A DNA stretch of 64,000 bases from Pseudomonadota bacterium (GTDB taxonomy: Bacteria > Pseudomonadota > Gammaproteobacteria > Steroidobacterales > Steroidobacteraceae): positions 11,686-75,685 of the forward strand of contig JAKBDK010000011.1 in assembly GCA_021834525.1 (NCBI GenBank), written 5' to 3'. Below the pieces are notes generated by a model, which ran no database searches, had not been told where the DNA came from, and saw only the letters and a list, made by a program, of their open reading frames with translations. The position numbers were made by a program, and so were the translations under genes. How positions within the stretch are numbered: the first letter of the stretch is position 1; each line of letters starts with the position of its first letter. Below, one piece after another: positions 10,553 through 21,198 of this stretch.

Positions 10553-10797
10553 GCGCCCCGACGCTGACCTTGATCTCGCGGCGGGACTGCCTGCTGTGCG
10601 ATGAGATGCTCGCCGCGCTGCGCGAGTTCGATGCGCAGGGGACGTTGCCGCCGCTGCGCCGGATCGACGTCGACTCCGACCCGGAACTGACCCGCCGCTA
10701 CGGGTTGCAGGTGCCGGTGCTGCTGCTCGGGGAGACGCTCGTGTGCCGCTTCCGTTTCGACCCCGCGGCGCTGCGGCGCCACCTCGGCGCCGGCTGA
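10549..10797 (+). CDS. Glutaredoxin-like small thioredoxin-fold protein (DUF836-like)
   Basis: CLLC dithiol motif near the N-terminus in an 82-aa protein. TTG start overlaps the rseB stop (TTGA). Confidence 0.6.
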   Translation: MSAPTLTLISRRDCLLCDEMLAALREFDAQGTLPPLRRIDVDSDPELTRRYGLQVPVLLLGETLVCRFRFDPAALRRHLGAG

Positions 10798-10917
10798 GCA
10801 CACTGCGCCGCCGCGTCCCTCTGGACGGGGTGAAGTAGGTCATATTCGGCGCCGATCTGCAGGTATAATCCGCCCGCCGCTGACAATCTGGCGCGGCGGA
10901 ACACGCGGCCCGGATTC

Positions 10918-12711
10918 ATGCGGCTCATACGTAATTTTTGCATCATCGCTCATGTCGATCACGGCAAGTCCACGCTTGCCGATCGCTTCATCCAGTTGTG
11001 CCGCGGGCTCGATGCCCGTGAGATGCACGAGCAGGTCCTCGATTCGATGGACCTCGAGCGCGAGCGTGGCATCACCATCAAGGCGCAGAGCGTCACGCTC
11101 TTCTACGACGCGCGGGACGGTCAGCGCTACCAGCTGAACATGATCGACACCCCGGGGCACGTGGATTTCTCCTACGAGGTGTCCCGGTCGCTGGCGGCCT
11201 GCGACGGGGCGCTGCTCGTGGTGGATGCCTCCCAGGGCGTCGAGGCGCAGAGCGTCGCGAACTGCTACACGGCCCTCGAGCAGGGCCTGACGGTGGTGCC
11301 GGTCATCAACAAGATCGACCTGCCCTCGGCCGATCCGGAACGCGTCATGACCGAGATCGAGGAGATCATCGGTATCGAGGCGCACGATGCGCTGAAGGTC
11401 AGCGCCAAGACCGGTGAGGGCGTCGAGGCGCTGCTCGAGGCGTTGATCCAGAAGATCCCGGCGCCGCGGGGCGAGCCCGAGGCGCCCCTGCAGGCGCTGA
11501 TCATCGATTCCTGGTTCGACAACTACGTCGGGGTGGTCTCGCTGGTGCGCGTGATGAACGGCAGCGTCTCGACCGGGGAGAAGATCCGAGTGATCTCCAC
11601 CGGGCGGGCGCACACCGTCGATCGGCTCGGCCGCTTCACGCCGAAGCCGCTCGTCGCCCCGACGCTCGCCGCCGGCGACGTCGGCTTCATCGTCGCGGGC
11701 ATCAAGGAAATCGACGGGGCGCCGGTGGGCGATACCATCACGCTCGAGAATCGGCCGACCACCGAGGCGTTGCCCGGGTTCAGGCAGATCAAGCCGCGCG
11801 TGTTCGCAGGCCTCTTCCCGGTGAACGCCGAGGACTACGAGAGCTTCCGCGATGCGCTCGCCAAGCTGCGCCTGAACGACTCGGCGCTGCACTACGAGCC
11901 GGAAGTCTCTGGCGCGCTCGGCTTTGGCTTTCGCTGCGGCTTTCTCGGCCTGCTGCACATGGACATCGTGCAGGAGCGGCTCGAGCGCGAGTACCACCTC
12001 GATCTGATCACCAGCGCCCCGACCGTGGTGTACGAGGTCGAGCGCACCGACGGGGCGGTGATCTACGTCGACAACCCCTCGAAGCTGCCGCCGCTGAATG
12101 AGGTCGAGCAGATCCGCGAGCCGATCATCGTGGCGAACATCCTGGTGCCGCCCGATCACGTCGGGGCGGTGCTGCAGCTGTGCACCGAGAAGCGCGGCGT
12201 GCAGAAGAAGATGCTCTACCTCGGCACCCAGGTCTCCCTGCAGTACGAACTGCCGCTCGCCGAGGTGGTGCTCGATTTCTTCGATCGGCTGAAGTCGGTG
12301 AGCCGCGGCTACGCCTCGTTCGACTACGAGTTCTCGCACTTCCAGGCCGCCCCGCTCGTGAAGCTCGACATCCTGATCAACGCCGAGCGGGTCGATGCGC
12401 TCTCGATCATCGTGCACCGCGACAATGCCTATCACCGCGGCCGCGAGCTGGTCGACAAGATGCAGGAGCTGATCCCGCGGCAGATGTTCGAGGTCGCCGT
12501 GCAGGCGGCGATCGGCAGCGCGATCGTGGCGCGCGCCACGGTCAAGGCGCTGCGCAAGAACGTGCTCGCCAAGTGCTACGGCGGGGACATCAGCCGCAAG
12601 CGCAAGCTGCTCGAGAAGCAGAAAGAGGGCAAGAAGCGCATGAAGCAGGTCGGCCGGGTCGAGATTCCCCAGTCGGCGTTCCTCGCGGTGCTGCAGTTGG
12701 GCCGCAAGTAG
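10918..12711 (+). CDS. lepA: Elongation factor 4
   Basis: [18 protein letters not shown]1 motif, DTPGH, NKID, and the LepA C-terminal domain ([23 protein letters not shown]). Confidence 0.96.
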   Translation: MRLIRNFCIIAHVDHGKSTLADRFIQLCRGLDAREMHEQVLDSMDLERERGITIKAQSVTLFYDARDGQRYQLNMIDTPGHVDFSYEVSRSLAACDGALLVVDASQGVEAQSVANCYTALEQGLTVVPVINKIDLPSADPERVMTEIEEIIGIEAHDALKVSAKTGEGVEALLEALIQKIPAPRGEPEAPLQALIIDSWFDNYVGVVSLVRVMNGSVSTGEKIRVISTGRAHTVDRLGRFTPKPLVAPTLAAGDVGFIVAGIKEIDGAPVGDTITLENRPTTEALPGFRQIKPRVFAGLFPVNAEDYESFRDALAKLRLNDSALHYEPEVSGALGFGFRCGFLGLLHMDIVQERLEREYHLDLITSAPTVVYEVERTDGAVIYVDNPSKLPPLNEVEQIREPIIVANILVPPDHVGAVLQLCTEKRGVQKKMLYLGTQVSLQYELPLAEVVLDFFDRLKSVSRGYASFDYEFSHFQAAPLVKLDILINAERVDALSIIVHRDNAYHRGRELVDKMQELIPRQMFEVAVQAAIGSAIVARATVKALRKNVLAKCYGGDISRKRKLLEKQKEGKKRMKQVGRVEIPQSAFLAVLQLGRK

Positions 12712-12822
12712 CGTGCCGCCGCGATGTCCGCCCCCACGATTCCCTCGCTGCCCGGCAACGGATTGGCGCACTCGAGCGCCCGGTGCTGCCGGTTCGTGCC
12801 CAAACTCGTCAATGGAGCCGCC

Positions 12823-13917
12823 ATGCCGTCTGTCGTGATGCAACTGGTCATCGTTCTGTCCTGGCTCGCCATTCCGGTCGGCCTGGTGTGCGTGATCGAT
12901 GACTGGTTGCTCAAGCCGCGCCGGCTGCTCGCCGCCGAGCCGGCTCGTGAGGGCGCCTTCGTCGCCTGGTGCTACCGGGCGCTGCCGGTGCTGCTGGTGG
13001 CGGTGGTGCTGCGGATCTTCGCCGCCGAGGCCCTGAACTTCAGCGCCGTGTTGCTGCTGATCTCGGTAGTCACCGGCATCGTGTGGCTGATCGATGCGCT
13101 CTGGCTGGCTCGGCGGCGTACCGCCGCGGCGAGCGCCGCGGGCCGCGACCCGCGCGGGGAGCCGGAGCCGACCACCGTCGACTATGCCCGCAGCTTCTTC
13201 CCGGTCGCGCTCGCCGTGCTGCTGGTGCGCTCGTTCCTGTTCGAGCCGTTTCGCATTCCGTCGGACTCGATGATGCCGACGCTGCTCGACGGGGACTTCA
13301 TCGTGGTGGAGAAGTTCGCCTACGGGCTGCGCCTGCCGATCACGCACACCAAGATCCTCTCCACCGGTGAGCCGCACCGCGGCGACGTGGTGGTGTTCCG
13401 CTATCCGCTGAAGCCGAGCGAGGACTACATCAAGCGCGTGGTCGGGCTGCCGGGGGATCACGTCGTGGTGCACGATGATCGCCTGACGATCAACGGGCAG
13501 AAGATTCCGCTGCGCATCGACGGCACCTACAACGACGGGTGCTACCAGAATATGCAGCTCGGCACCGAGGACCTCGATCGTCACGTGCACCACGTGCTGC
13601 TCTGCCCGGTGCCGCTCGAGGTCACCGCCGATCCGCTGCCGAGCTGTCCGCGCTCGGACGCGCGCGGCTACATCTGCGGCGGCAACCCGCCGCCCGATGC
13701 GCTGCCGCTGTACGAGCAGAAACTCGTCGAGATGGATGTCCCGGCCAAGCGCTACGTCATGATCGGCGACAATCGCGACAACAGCGATGACAGCCGGGTG
13801 TGGGGCTTCGTACCGCAGCGCAATCTGGTCGGTCGGGCCACCTACATCTGGTTCAATTGGGACATCGATCGCAAAGGTGGCCCGATCTGGAGTCGGATCG
13901 GCAAGAAGATCAAATAG
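12823..13917 (+). CDS. lepB: Signal peptidase I
   Basis: Catalytic SDSMMPTL (Ser) and KRVVGLPGD (Lys), plus GDNRDNSDDSR. Start uncertain (ATG 12823, 12838 or 12724). Confidence 0.9.
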   Translation: MPSVVMQLVIVLSWLAIPVGLVCVIDDWLLKPRRLLAAEPAREGAFVAWCYRALPVLLVAVVLRIFAAEALNFSAVLLLISVVTGIVWLIDALWLARRRTAAASAAGRDPRGEPEPTTVDYARSFFPVALAVLLVRSFLFEPFRIPSDSMMPTLLDGDFIVVEKFAYGLRLPITHTKILSTGEPHRGDVVVFRYPLKPSEDYIKRVVGLPGDHVVVHDDRLTINGQKIPLRIDGTYNDGCYQNMQLGTEDLDRHVHHVLLCPVPLEVTADPLPSCPRSDARGYICGGNPPPDALPLYEQKLVEMDVPAKRYVMIGDNRDNSDDSRVWGFVPQRNLVGRATYIWFNWDIDRKGGPIWSRIGKKIK

Positions 13918-13930
13918 CGGAGGTTGAGCG

Positions 13931-14299
13931 ATGCACCGAGAACGCGGGATCACTCTGATCGGCTGGCTGGTGTTGTTGACGCCGCTGGTAATCTGTCTGT
14001 ACGCCGGACTGCGCTTAGCGCCGGTGTACCTGAATTACATGAAGGTGTCGCACACGCTCGATGAGGTGAGCCACCAGTTCCGCAGCGGCGGCGGCAGCGT
14101 GTTCAAGATCCAGACCTCCATTTCGCGCCATTTCGAGATCGACAGCGTCAATTATCCCACGGTGCAGGACGTGAGCATCCGGCGCAGCGGCACGGGCTAC
14201 CTGGTCGAAGCCGCCTACGTGTCCTACGCGCCGCTGTTCGGCAACGTCACGCTGCGCGTGGCGTTCGACAAGACGGTGCACGTGAGCGGCGGTGGATAA
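13931..14299 (+). CDS. DUF4845-like small membrane-anchored protein
   Basis: N-terminal TM segment (GITLIGWLVLLTPLVICLYAG). It occupies the lepB-rnc slot, as in Xanthomonadales and beta-proteobacteria. Confidence 0.6.
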   Translation: MHRERGITLIGWLVLLTPLVICLYAGLRLAPVYLNYMKVSHTLDEVSHQFRSGGGSVFKIQTSISRHFEIDSVNYPTVQDVSIRRSGTGYLVEAAYVSYAPLFGNVTLRVAFDKTVHVSGGG

Positions 14300-14996
14300 C
14301 GCAGAGTGGCCCGAGCGCTGGGTGCGCACGCACCTTAAGCACACGCCGCGCGACGCGGCGCTGTTTCGTGCCGCACTGACGCACCGCAGCGCGTCGGGGG
14401 CGAACAACGAGCGCCTGGAGTTTCTCGGCGACTCGGTGGTGAATCTGGTCATCGCGCGGCATCTGTTCGCGCGTTTCGGCCAGGCGGACGAGGGCGATCT
14501 GAGCCGCCTGCGTGCCCGGCTGGTCAGCGCCGAGCCGCTGGCCGAGGTGGCCGCCGCGCTCGGCATCGGTGAGGTGCTGCAGTTGGGCTCCGGGGAGCTC
14601 AAAACCGGCGGCTTTCGCCGCCAGTCGATTCTCGCCGATGCCTTCGAGGCACTGTGCGGGGCGCTGTTTCTCGATGCCGGGCTCGAAGCCGCCGCCGAGT
14701 TCATTCTCGGCTCGCTCGCGGCGCACATCGAGACGCTGCCGCCGCCGGCGGCGCTGAAGGATCCGAAAACCCGCCTGCAGGAGTACCTGCAGTCGCGCGC
14801 GCTCGCGCTGCCGCACTATGCGGTCGAGCGCGTCGAGGGCGAGCCGCACGCCCAGACCTTCGAGGTCAGTTGTGCGGTCGAGGACCTCTCGTTGTGCACG
14901 CGTGGGCGCGGCTCGAGCCGCCGGCGCGCCGAACAAGAGGCGGCAGAACGTATTTTGGACACGATTGGAAAACACTCCGATGAGCGATCAGCCTGA
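14292..14996 (+). CDS. rnc: Ribonuclease III
   Basis: ERLEFLGDSVVN signature and a C-terminal dsRBD. GTG start overlaps the upstream gene. Confidence 0.92.
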   Translation: MDNAEWPERWVRTHLKHTPRDAALFRAALTHRSASGANNERLEFLGDSVVNLVIARHLFARFGQADEGDLSRLRARLVSAEPLAEVAAALGIGEVLQLGSGELKTGGFRRQSILADAFEALCGALFLDAGLEAAAEFILGSLAAHIETLPPPAALKDPKTRLQEYLQSRALALPHYAVERVEGEPHAQTFEVSCAVEDLSLCTRGRGSSRRRAEQEAAERILDTIGKHSDERSA

Positions 14997-15894
14997 AGGC
15001 GCCGAGCCGCTGCTGCGCTGCGGCTTCGCGGCGCTCGTCGGCCGGCCCAATGTCGGCAAGTCGACGCTGCTCAATGCGCTGGTGGGCACGAAGGTCAGCA
15101 TCGTCACGCCGCGCCCGCAGACCACCCGTCACCGCATCCTCGGCCTGGTGCAGCGCCCCGACGCCCAGATCGCCTTCGTCGACACCCCGGGACTGCACCG
15201 CCAGGCGCGTCGGGCGCTGAACAAGGCGATGAACCGGACGGCGACCTCGGCGCTCGCCGATGCGGACGTGGCAGTGCTGGTGCTCGAGGCCATGAGCTGG
15301 AACGGGGAGGATGAACTCGCGCTCGAGCGCATCGCGCACGCGCGCCGTCCGGCGATCGCCGTGGTCAACAAGGTCGATCAGGTCCGCCCGCGCGATCGAC
15401 TGCTGCCGTATCTGGCCGAGCTCAACGCGCGCCATCCGTTCATTGCGCTCGTGCCGGTCTCGGCGCTGAAGGGGCACGGCCTTGAGGATCTGATCCGCAC
15501 CATCGCGGCGCAGCTGCCCGAATCCCCGCCGCTCTTTGCCCGCGACACGCTCACCGACCGCGGCACGGCGTTTCGCATCGCCGAGACGGTGCGCGAGAAG
15601 CTCACCCTGGAGTTGAACCAGGAAGTGCCCTACGGCATTGCCGTCGAGGTCGAGCGGATGCACCACGAGGACGGCCAGCTCGCGGTCGACGTGGTGATCT
15701 GGGTCGATCGCGAAGGCCAGAAGCCGATCGTCATCGGCGGCGGCGGGGAGCGCCTGAAGCGCGTCGGCAGCTCCGCGCGCCGGACGCTGAACGCGCTGCT
15801 CGGGGAGCGGCTGCACCTGACGCTGTGGGTCAAGGTGCGCGAGAACTGGGCCGACAATGCGCGTGCGCTGAAGGATCTGGGCCTCGACTCATGA
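14980..15894 (+). CDS. era: GTPase Era
   Basis: GRPNVGKSTL, DTPG, NKVD, and a C-terminal KH domain. Start ATG 14980 overlaps the rnc end. Confidence 0.93.
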   Translation: MSDQPEGAEPLLRCGFAALVGRPNVGKSTLLNALVGTKVSIVTPRPQTTRHRILGLVQRPDAQIAFVDTPGLHRQARRALNKAMNRTATSALADADVAVLVLEAMSWNGEDELALERIAHARRPAIAVVNKVDQVRPRDRLLPYLAELNARHPFIALVPVSALKGHGLEDLIRTIAAQLPESPPLFARDTLTDRGTAFRIAETVREKLTLELNQEVPYGIAVEVERMHHEDGQLAVDVVIWVDREGQKPIVIGGGGERLKRVGSSARRTLNALLGERLHLTLWVKVRENWADNARALKDLGLDS

Positions 15895-16643
15895 GCGCCC
15901 CGGCCCGCCGCGTCCACCTCGCGCCGGCCTACCTGCTGCATCACCGGCCGTACCGCGAGAGCGGACGGATTCTCGAGGTTCTGGTGCGCGCCGAGGGGCG
16001 CCTGACGCTGTTCGCCCGCGGCGTGAGCGGGCCGAAGTCGCGCCTCGCCGCGGTGCTGCAGCCCTTTCAGCCGCTGCTCGTGTCCTTCACCCAGGGCCGC
16101 GAGGCCGGGCAGCTCACGGCCGCGGAGTGCGTCGCGCCGGCCGCGCCGCTGCCGGCCGGGTGCGTGATGAGCGCGTTCTATCTCAATGAGCTGCTGCTGA
16201 AGTTGACGCTGCGGCACGATGCGGCCCCGGAGCTCTTCGATGCCTACGCCGGTGCACTGGCGCGGCTGCGCGACCCCGAGGCGATCGAGGCGGCGCTGCG
16301 CCGCTTCGAGCTCGAGCTGCTGAGTGCCGTCGGCTACGGGCTCGATCTGGCCACCGAGGTCGGCGGGCAGCCGATCGAGCCGGAGGGGTTCTACCGCTTC
16401 CGGCCCGCCCAGGGACTCCTGCGGGTGCCGGGCGAGGAGCCCGGGGCGCTCGCCGGCCACTCGCTGCAGGCGCTGCAGTGCGGTGATCTCGCAGCGGCTC
16501 GCACGCGCGCCGATGCCCGGGTGCTGCTCGCAGCGGCGCTCGCCGAGTGTCTCGAGGGGCGCGAGCTGGCCACGCGGCGCGTGGCCCGGGCGATGAAGCA
16601 GGGGTCGCATCCGGCGGCCCGCTACGGGAAAATGCCGCCATGA
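15891..16643 (+). CDS. recO: DNA repair protein RecO
   Basis: ATGA overlap with era. [19 protein letters not shown]-terminal OB-fold pattern, and position in the operon. Confidence 0.85.
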   Translation: MSAPARRVHLAPAYLLHHRPYRESGRILEVLVRAEGRLTLFARGVSGPKSRLAAVLQPFQPLLVSFTQGREAGQLTAAECVAPAAPLPAGCVMSAFYLNELLLKLTLRHDAAPELFDAYAGALARLRDPEAIEAALRRFELELLSAVGYGLDLATEVGGQPIEPEGFYRFRPAQGLLRVPGEEPGALAGHSLQALQCGDLAAARTRADARVLLAAALAECLEGRELATRRVARAMKQGSHPAARYGKMPP

Positions 16644-16683
16644 GCCCCCGCTGCGGGGGTGCCTCGGTCCGGCGGAGAACCCC

Positions 16684-17418
16684 GTGAGCCATGCCCCGAT
16701 TGCCCTCGGCGTGAACATCGATCACGTCGCGACGCTGCGCCAGGCGCGCCGCGGCCGCGAGCCCGACCCCGTGCACGCGGCGCTCGAGGCCGAGCGCGCC
16801 GGGGCCGACAGCATCACGCTGCATCTGCGCGAGGATCGCCGCCACATCCAGGATGCGGACGTGCGCACCTTACGCGGACTGCTCAAGACCGCCATGAACC
16901 TCGAGATGGCCGTCACCGAGGAGATGATCGGTATCGCCTGCGAGGTCCGCCCACAGCATTGCTGCCTGGTGCCGGAGAAGCGTCAGGAACTCACCACCGA
17001 AGGCGGACTCGAGGTCACCGGTCAGCTCGCGCGAGTGCGCGAGGCCGTCGCGCGGCTCGGCGCGAGCGGCGTGCAGGTGTCGCTGTTCATCGATCCGGAC
17101 CCGGCCCAGATCGAATCGAGTGCACGCGCCGGCGCTCCGGCGATCGAGCTGCATACCGGCGCGTATGCCGAGGCGAGTGGTGCGGCGCGGGCCCGCGAGC
17201 TCGAGCGGCTCGCCGCCGGCGCCGAACTCGCGACACGGCTCGGCCTCACGGTGCACGCCGGCCACGGGCTCGACTACCACAACGTGCAGCCCGTGGCCGC
17301 GATCGGCCCGATCGTCGAGCTGAACATCGGGCACGCCCTCATCGCCCGTGCGCTGTTCGACGGACTGCCCGCCGCCGTGCGCCAGATGCGCGCGCTGCTC
17401 GATGCGGCACGCGCATGA
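16684..17418 (+). CDS. pdxJ: Pyridoxine 5'-phosphate synthase
   Basis: [27 protein letters not shown] and ELHTG motifs. Confidence 0.93.
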   Translation: MSHAPIALGVNIDHVATLRQARRGREPDPVHAALEAERAGADSITLHLREDRRHIQDADVRTLRGLLKTAMNLEMAVTEEMIGIACEVRPQHCCLVPEKRQELTTEGGLEVTGQLARVREAVARLGASGVQVSLFIDPDPAQIESSARAGAPAIELHTGAYAEASGAARARELERLAAGAELATRLGLTVHAGHGLDYHNVQPVAAIGPIVELNIGHALIARALFDGLPAAVRQMRALLDAARA

Positions 17419-17816
17419 TCTTCGGCATCGGCATCGATGTCCTCAAGGCCGAGCGGATCGACGGGGTGCTCGAGCGACACGGCGAGCGCTTCATCGAGCG
17501 ATTGCTGATGCCCGTCGAGCGCACCCAGCTGGCGCGCACGCGCCGGCCGCAGCGCTTCCTCGCGATGCGCTTTGCCGCCAAGGAGGCGATCGTCAAGGCG
17601 ATGGGCACGGGCTTTGCCAACGGGGTGTGGATCCGCGACGTCGGGGTGGTGCAGAACCGACTCGGCAAGCCCGAAGTGGTCTATTCGGAACGCGGCGAGC
17701 GGGTGCGCCGCGCGCTCGGCATCGGCGAGGGCCACGTGACGCTCACCGATGAGGCCGGACTCGTCGTGGCGGTCGCGGTGCTGCTGCGAGCGCCCGCGAG
17801 CGCACCCACGGAGTGA
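17415..17816 (+). CDS. acpS: Holo-[acyl-carrier-protein] synthase
   Basis: ATGA overlap with pdx[11 protein letters not shown]-terminus and [10 protein letters not shown] motif. Confidence 0.9.
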   Translation: MIFGIGIDVLKAERIDGVLERHGERFIERLLMPVERTQLARTRRPQRFLAMRFAAKEAIVKAMGTGFANGVWIRDVGVVQNRLGKPEVVYSERGERVRRALGIGEGHVTLTDEAGLVVAVAVLLRAPASAPTE

Positions 17817-17833
17817 GAGGATCTACGCAATCT

Positions 17834-18610
17834 ATGAATTGTCTGGTGTTCGACATCGAAACGGTGCCGGACGTCGCCCTCGGGCGGCGGCTGTATGGTC
17901 TTCAGGGGCTGAGCGACGCGGCGGTCGCCAAGGCCATGTACGCGCTGCGCCGTCAGGCCTCGGGCGGGGAGTTCCTCTCCCACGAGCAGCATCGGATCGT
18001 GGCGATCTCCTGCGTGCTGCGCCGCGGCGATTCGCTCAAGGTGTGGAGCCTGGGCGATGAGCAGGCCGCCGAGGGTGAGCTCATCGAGCGCTTCTTCGAT
18101 GGCATCGAGCGCTTCTCCCCGGAGCTGATCTCCTGGAATGGCTCGGGGTTCGACCTGCCGGTGCTCACCTATCGGGCGCTCGCCGCCGGGGTGCAGGCGC
18201 CGCGCTTCTGGGAGACCGGGGATTCCGATCCGGCGTTTCGCTACAACAACTACCTCAGCCGCTTCCACTGGCGCCACACCGACCTGATGGACGTGCTGTC
18301 GGGCTTTCAGGGCCGCGGGCGCGTCTCGCTCGAGCACATCGCGCAGCTGCTCGGCTTCCCGGGCAAGCTCGGCTTCTCCGGGGCGCAGGTCTGGGACGCC
18401 TACCAGGCCGGGGATCTGACCGGGATCCGCCGCTACTGCGAGACCGACGTGCTCAACACCTACCTGGTGTACCTGCGCTTCGAGCTGCTGCGCGGGCGTG
18501 TGAGCCGTGAGGCGCATCAGGGCGAACTCGAGCGCGTACGGGCGCTGCTGCGCACCGCCGAGGAGCCGCACTTCGCCCAATTCCTGCAGGCGTGGGAGGC
18601 GCTCGCATGA
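17834..18610 (+). CDS. Predicted DEDDy 3'-5' exonuclease related to the PolB exonuclease domain
   Basis: Exo I LVFDIETVPD, Exo II SWNGSGFDLPVL and Exo III RRYCETDVLNT are all intact. Start ATG 17834. Confidence 0.75.
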   Translation: MNCLVFDIETVPDVALGRRLYGLQGLSDAAVAKAMYALRRQASGGEFLSHEQHRIVAISCVLRRGDSLKVWSLGDEQAAEGELIERFFDGIERFSPELISWNGSGFDLPVLTYRALAAGVQAPRFWETGDSDPAFRYNNYLSRFHWRHTDLMDVLSGFQGRGRVSLEHIAQLLGFPGKLGFSGAQVWDAYQAGDLTGIRRYCETDVLNTYLVYLRFELLRGRVSREAHQGELERVRALLRTAEEPHFAQFLQAWEALA

Positions 18611-19944
18611 GCCGCTCGCGCAGTGCTCGCCAGGTGCCGGCCGTGCAGGAGTGCGCCCGCGTGATGGCGCTGACTCACGAGGGCGAGGGGATCGTGCGCG
18701 AGGGCAAGACCGTCTTCATCCCCGGTGCGCTGCCCGGAGAGTCGGTGCGCTTCGTGCGCACACGGCGCCATCGGCAGCACGACGAGGGTCGACTGTTGGA
18801 GGTGCTCGAACCCGCCGCGACGCGCGTGACCCCGCGCTGTGCGCATTTCGGGGTGTGCGGCGGCTGTCTGCTGCAGCACCTCTCGAGCGAGGCGCAGCTC
18901 GCGTTGAAACAGACCGAACTGGCGGACAACTTCGAGCGCGTGGCGCGCGTGTCCTGTCCGCACTGGCTCGCGCCACTCGCCGGCCCGGTGTGGGGGTATC
19001 GGCGCCGGGCGCGCCTCGGGGTGAAGTACGTGGCGAAGAAAGGCCGCGTCGTGGTCGGCTTTCGCGAACGCAGCGCGCCTTACGTCGCGGACGTGCATCA
19101 CTGCGAGGTGCTCGCGCCCCCGGTGAGCGAGTGGATCGAGCCGCTCGCCGAGCTCATCGGTGCGCTCGAGATCCGTCAACAGCTGCCGCAGATCGAAGTG
19201 GCGGTGGCGGACAACGTCACCGCACTGGTGCTGCGGGTGCTCGCGCCGCCCTCGGCGGCCGACCGGGAGCGGATGCACGCGTTCGCCGCACGTCACGGCG
19301 CGCGCATCTACCTGCAGCCGGGCGGACTCGAGAGCATCGAGCCGCTCGATCCGGCCGCAGCGAGCGAGCCGCTCTTCTACGCGCTGGCCCCGTTCGACCT
19401 GCGGCTCGAGTTCCAGCCGAGTGATTTCGTGCAGATCAACGGCCCGATCAATCGCGCGCTGGTGTCCCGAGCGGTCGAGCTGCTCGCGCCGGCACCGGGC
19501 GATGCGGTCCTCGATCTGTATTGCGGACTCGGCAACTTCACGCTGCCGCTCGCCCGCTCGGGGGCGCGCGTGGTCGGGGTGGAGGGCGAGGCGGCCTTGA
19601 TCGAACGGGCGCGCGCGAACGCGGTGCGCAACGGCATCACCAGCGCGGAGTTCCACGTGGCGGATCTGTCCGTCGCACCCGACCCGCAGGTGCCCTGGCT
19701 GCGCGGCGCGTACCGGCACGTGTTGCTCGATCCGCCGCGGGTCGGCGCGCGCGAAGTACTCGGCGCGGTCGCGGCGCTGCGGCCGCAGCGCGTGCTGTAC
19801 ATTTCCTGCCATCCGGGCAGTCTCGCCCGCGACCTCGGCATCCTGGTGCACGAGCACGGGTTTACGCTCGAGGCCGCCGGCGTCATCGACATGTTTCCGC
19901 ACACCGGACATGTCGAGTCACTGGCAGTGCTGTCCGGACCGTGA
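18607..19944 (+). CDS. rlmD: 23S rRNA (uracil1939-C5)-methyltransferase RlmD/RumA
   Basis: TRAM-like N-terminus, Fe-S Cys cluster CAHFGVCGGCLLQH, SAM motif LDLYCGLGNFTLPLA, and catalytic Cys context YISCHP. Confidence 0.88.
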   Translation: MSRSRSARQVPAVQECARVMALTHEGEGIVREGKTVFIPGALPGESVRFVRTRRHRQHDEGRLLEVLEPAATRVTPRCAHFGVCGGCLLQHLSSEAQLALKQTELADNFERVARVSCPHWLAPLAGPVWGYRRRARLGVKYVAKKGRVVVGFRERSAPYVADVHHCEVLAPPVSEWIEPLAELIGALEIRQQLPQIEVAVADNVTALVLRVLAPPSAADRERMHAFAARHGARIYLQPGGLESIEPLDPAAASEPLFYALAPFDLRLEFQPSDFVQINGPINRALVSRAVELLAPAPGDAVLDLYCGLGNFTLPLARSGARVVGVEGEAALIERARANAVRNGITSAEFHVADLSVAPDPQVPWLRGAYRHVLLDPPRVGAREVLGAVAALRPQRVLYISCHPGSLARDLGILVHEHGFTLEAAGVIDMFPHTGHVESLAVLSGP

Positions 19945-19955
19945 GGAGCACACCC

Positions 19956-21005
19956 ATGACCCTCGGCCCGCTGATGATCGATCTGACCGGAACGGCGCTG
20001 ACGGACGAGGAGCGCACCTGGCTCGCCCATCCGCTCGTCGGCGGGGTGATCCTCTTCACGCGCAACTACGTCGAGCCGCAACAGCTGACCGATCTGGTGC
20101 AGTCCATTCACGCGCTGCGCACCCCGCGGCTCTTAGTCGCGGTCGATCATGAGGGCGGCCGGGTGCAGCGGTTCCGCCCGGGGTTCTCGCTGCTGCCGGC
20201 GGCCCGGCGCATCGGCCGCCAGTTCGATCTCGAGCCGCGCGCCGGTCTCGCGCTCGCCCGCGAGATGGGTTGGCTCATGGCCGCCGAACTCGCCGCCTGC
20301 GGAATCGATCTGTCGTTCGCCCCGTGCGTGGACATCGATTACGGCGTGAGTTTCATTACCGACCGGGCCTTCCACAGCCGCCCGGAGGCGGTCAGTGCGC
20401 TCGCCGGCGCCTACGCCCACGGCATGCGCGAGGCGGGGATGGCGGCGACCGCCAAGCATTTTCCGGGTCACGGGGCGGTCACGGCCGACTCGCATGCCCA
20501 ACTGCCGGTCGACCGGCGCGAGCGGGCCGACCTCGACGGTGACCTGATGCCCTACCGGCGCCTGATCGCCAATGGTCTGCCGGCGGTGATGGTGGGGCAC
20601 CTGCTGTTCCCGGCCGTGGATGCGGCGCCGGCGAGTTTCTCGCACCGCTGGATCGGAGAGGTCCTGCGCGCGGAGCTCGGCTTCCCGGGCGCGGTGTTCG
20701 CCGACGATCTGTCAATGGGCGGCGCGGTGGCCTATGGCGGGGTGCTCGAGCGGGCCACGCGCGCGCTCGCGGCCGGCTGCGACATGCTGCCGGTGTGCAA
20801 CGATCGCGCGGCGGTGCAGCAGCTGCTGAGCGAACTGAAAGTGACGCCGGCGCCGGCGTCCGCGGTGCGTCTGGCCCGTCTGCACGGCCGTGAGCACCTC
20901 GATGCGGCGGCGCTTCGGGCCTCGATGCGCTGGCGCGAGGCACAGGCGCTGCTGGCGGCCTGTGCGGCCGCGCCGTTGCTCGAACTCGATCCGCCCCAGC
21001 CCTGA
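19956..21005 (+). CDS. nagZ: Beta-N-acetylhexosaminidase (peptidoglycan recycling)
   Basis: GGVILFTRNY, VDHEGGRVQRF and KHFPGHG motifs. Confidence 0.92.
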   Translation: MTLGPLMIDLTGTALTDEERTWLAHPLVGGVILFTRNYVEPQQLTDLVQSIHALRTPRLLVAVDHEGGRVQRFRPGFSLLPAARRIGRQFDLEPRAGLALAREMGWLMAAELAACGIDLSFAPCVDIDYGVSFITDRAFHSRPEAVSALAGAYAHGMREAGMAATAKHFPGHGAVTADSHAQLPVDRRERADLDGDLMPYRRLIANGLPAVMVGHLLFPAVDAAPASFSHRWIGEVLRAELGFPGAVFADDLSMGGAVAYGGVLERATRALAAGCDMLPVCNDRAAVQQLLSELKVTPAPASAVRLARLHGREHLDAAALRASMRWREAQALLAACAAAPLLELDPPQP

Positions 21006-21100
21006 GGCGCGTCGGCGGGTGACAACTGTCACCCGAGCGCCGTGACGCATCGCACTGGGGTGGCGGCGTGCGAGGCGCGATGCTGCGTGCATGTCGCGGA

Positions 21101-21129
21101 TTTACCTCACCCTTGCGCTGCCGTAGAAT
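21101..21129 (+). promoter_or_regulatory. Candidate sigma-70 promoter of the adaptor/ABC operon
   Basis: TTTACC/TTACCT -35, about 16-17 nt spacer, TAGAAT -10 (21124-21129). Confidence 0.35.
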
Positions 21130-21198
21130 GCGCTCACCGAGCCACGCGTTTGGTTCCGACCGGTCGGGGGACCGAGGGGAAAATGACGGCGATGGAGG

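Noticed and set aside
10840-13953. 1037-aa ORF antisense to lepA and lepB
   Set aside because: It spans two genes and their spacer. The His/Arg/Asp/Gly-rich junk translation is typical of the -1 frame of GC-rich coding DNA.
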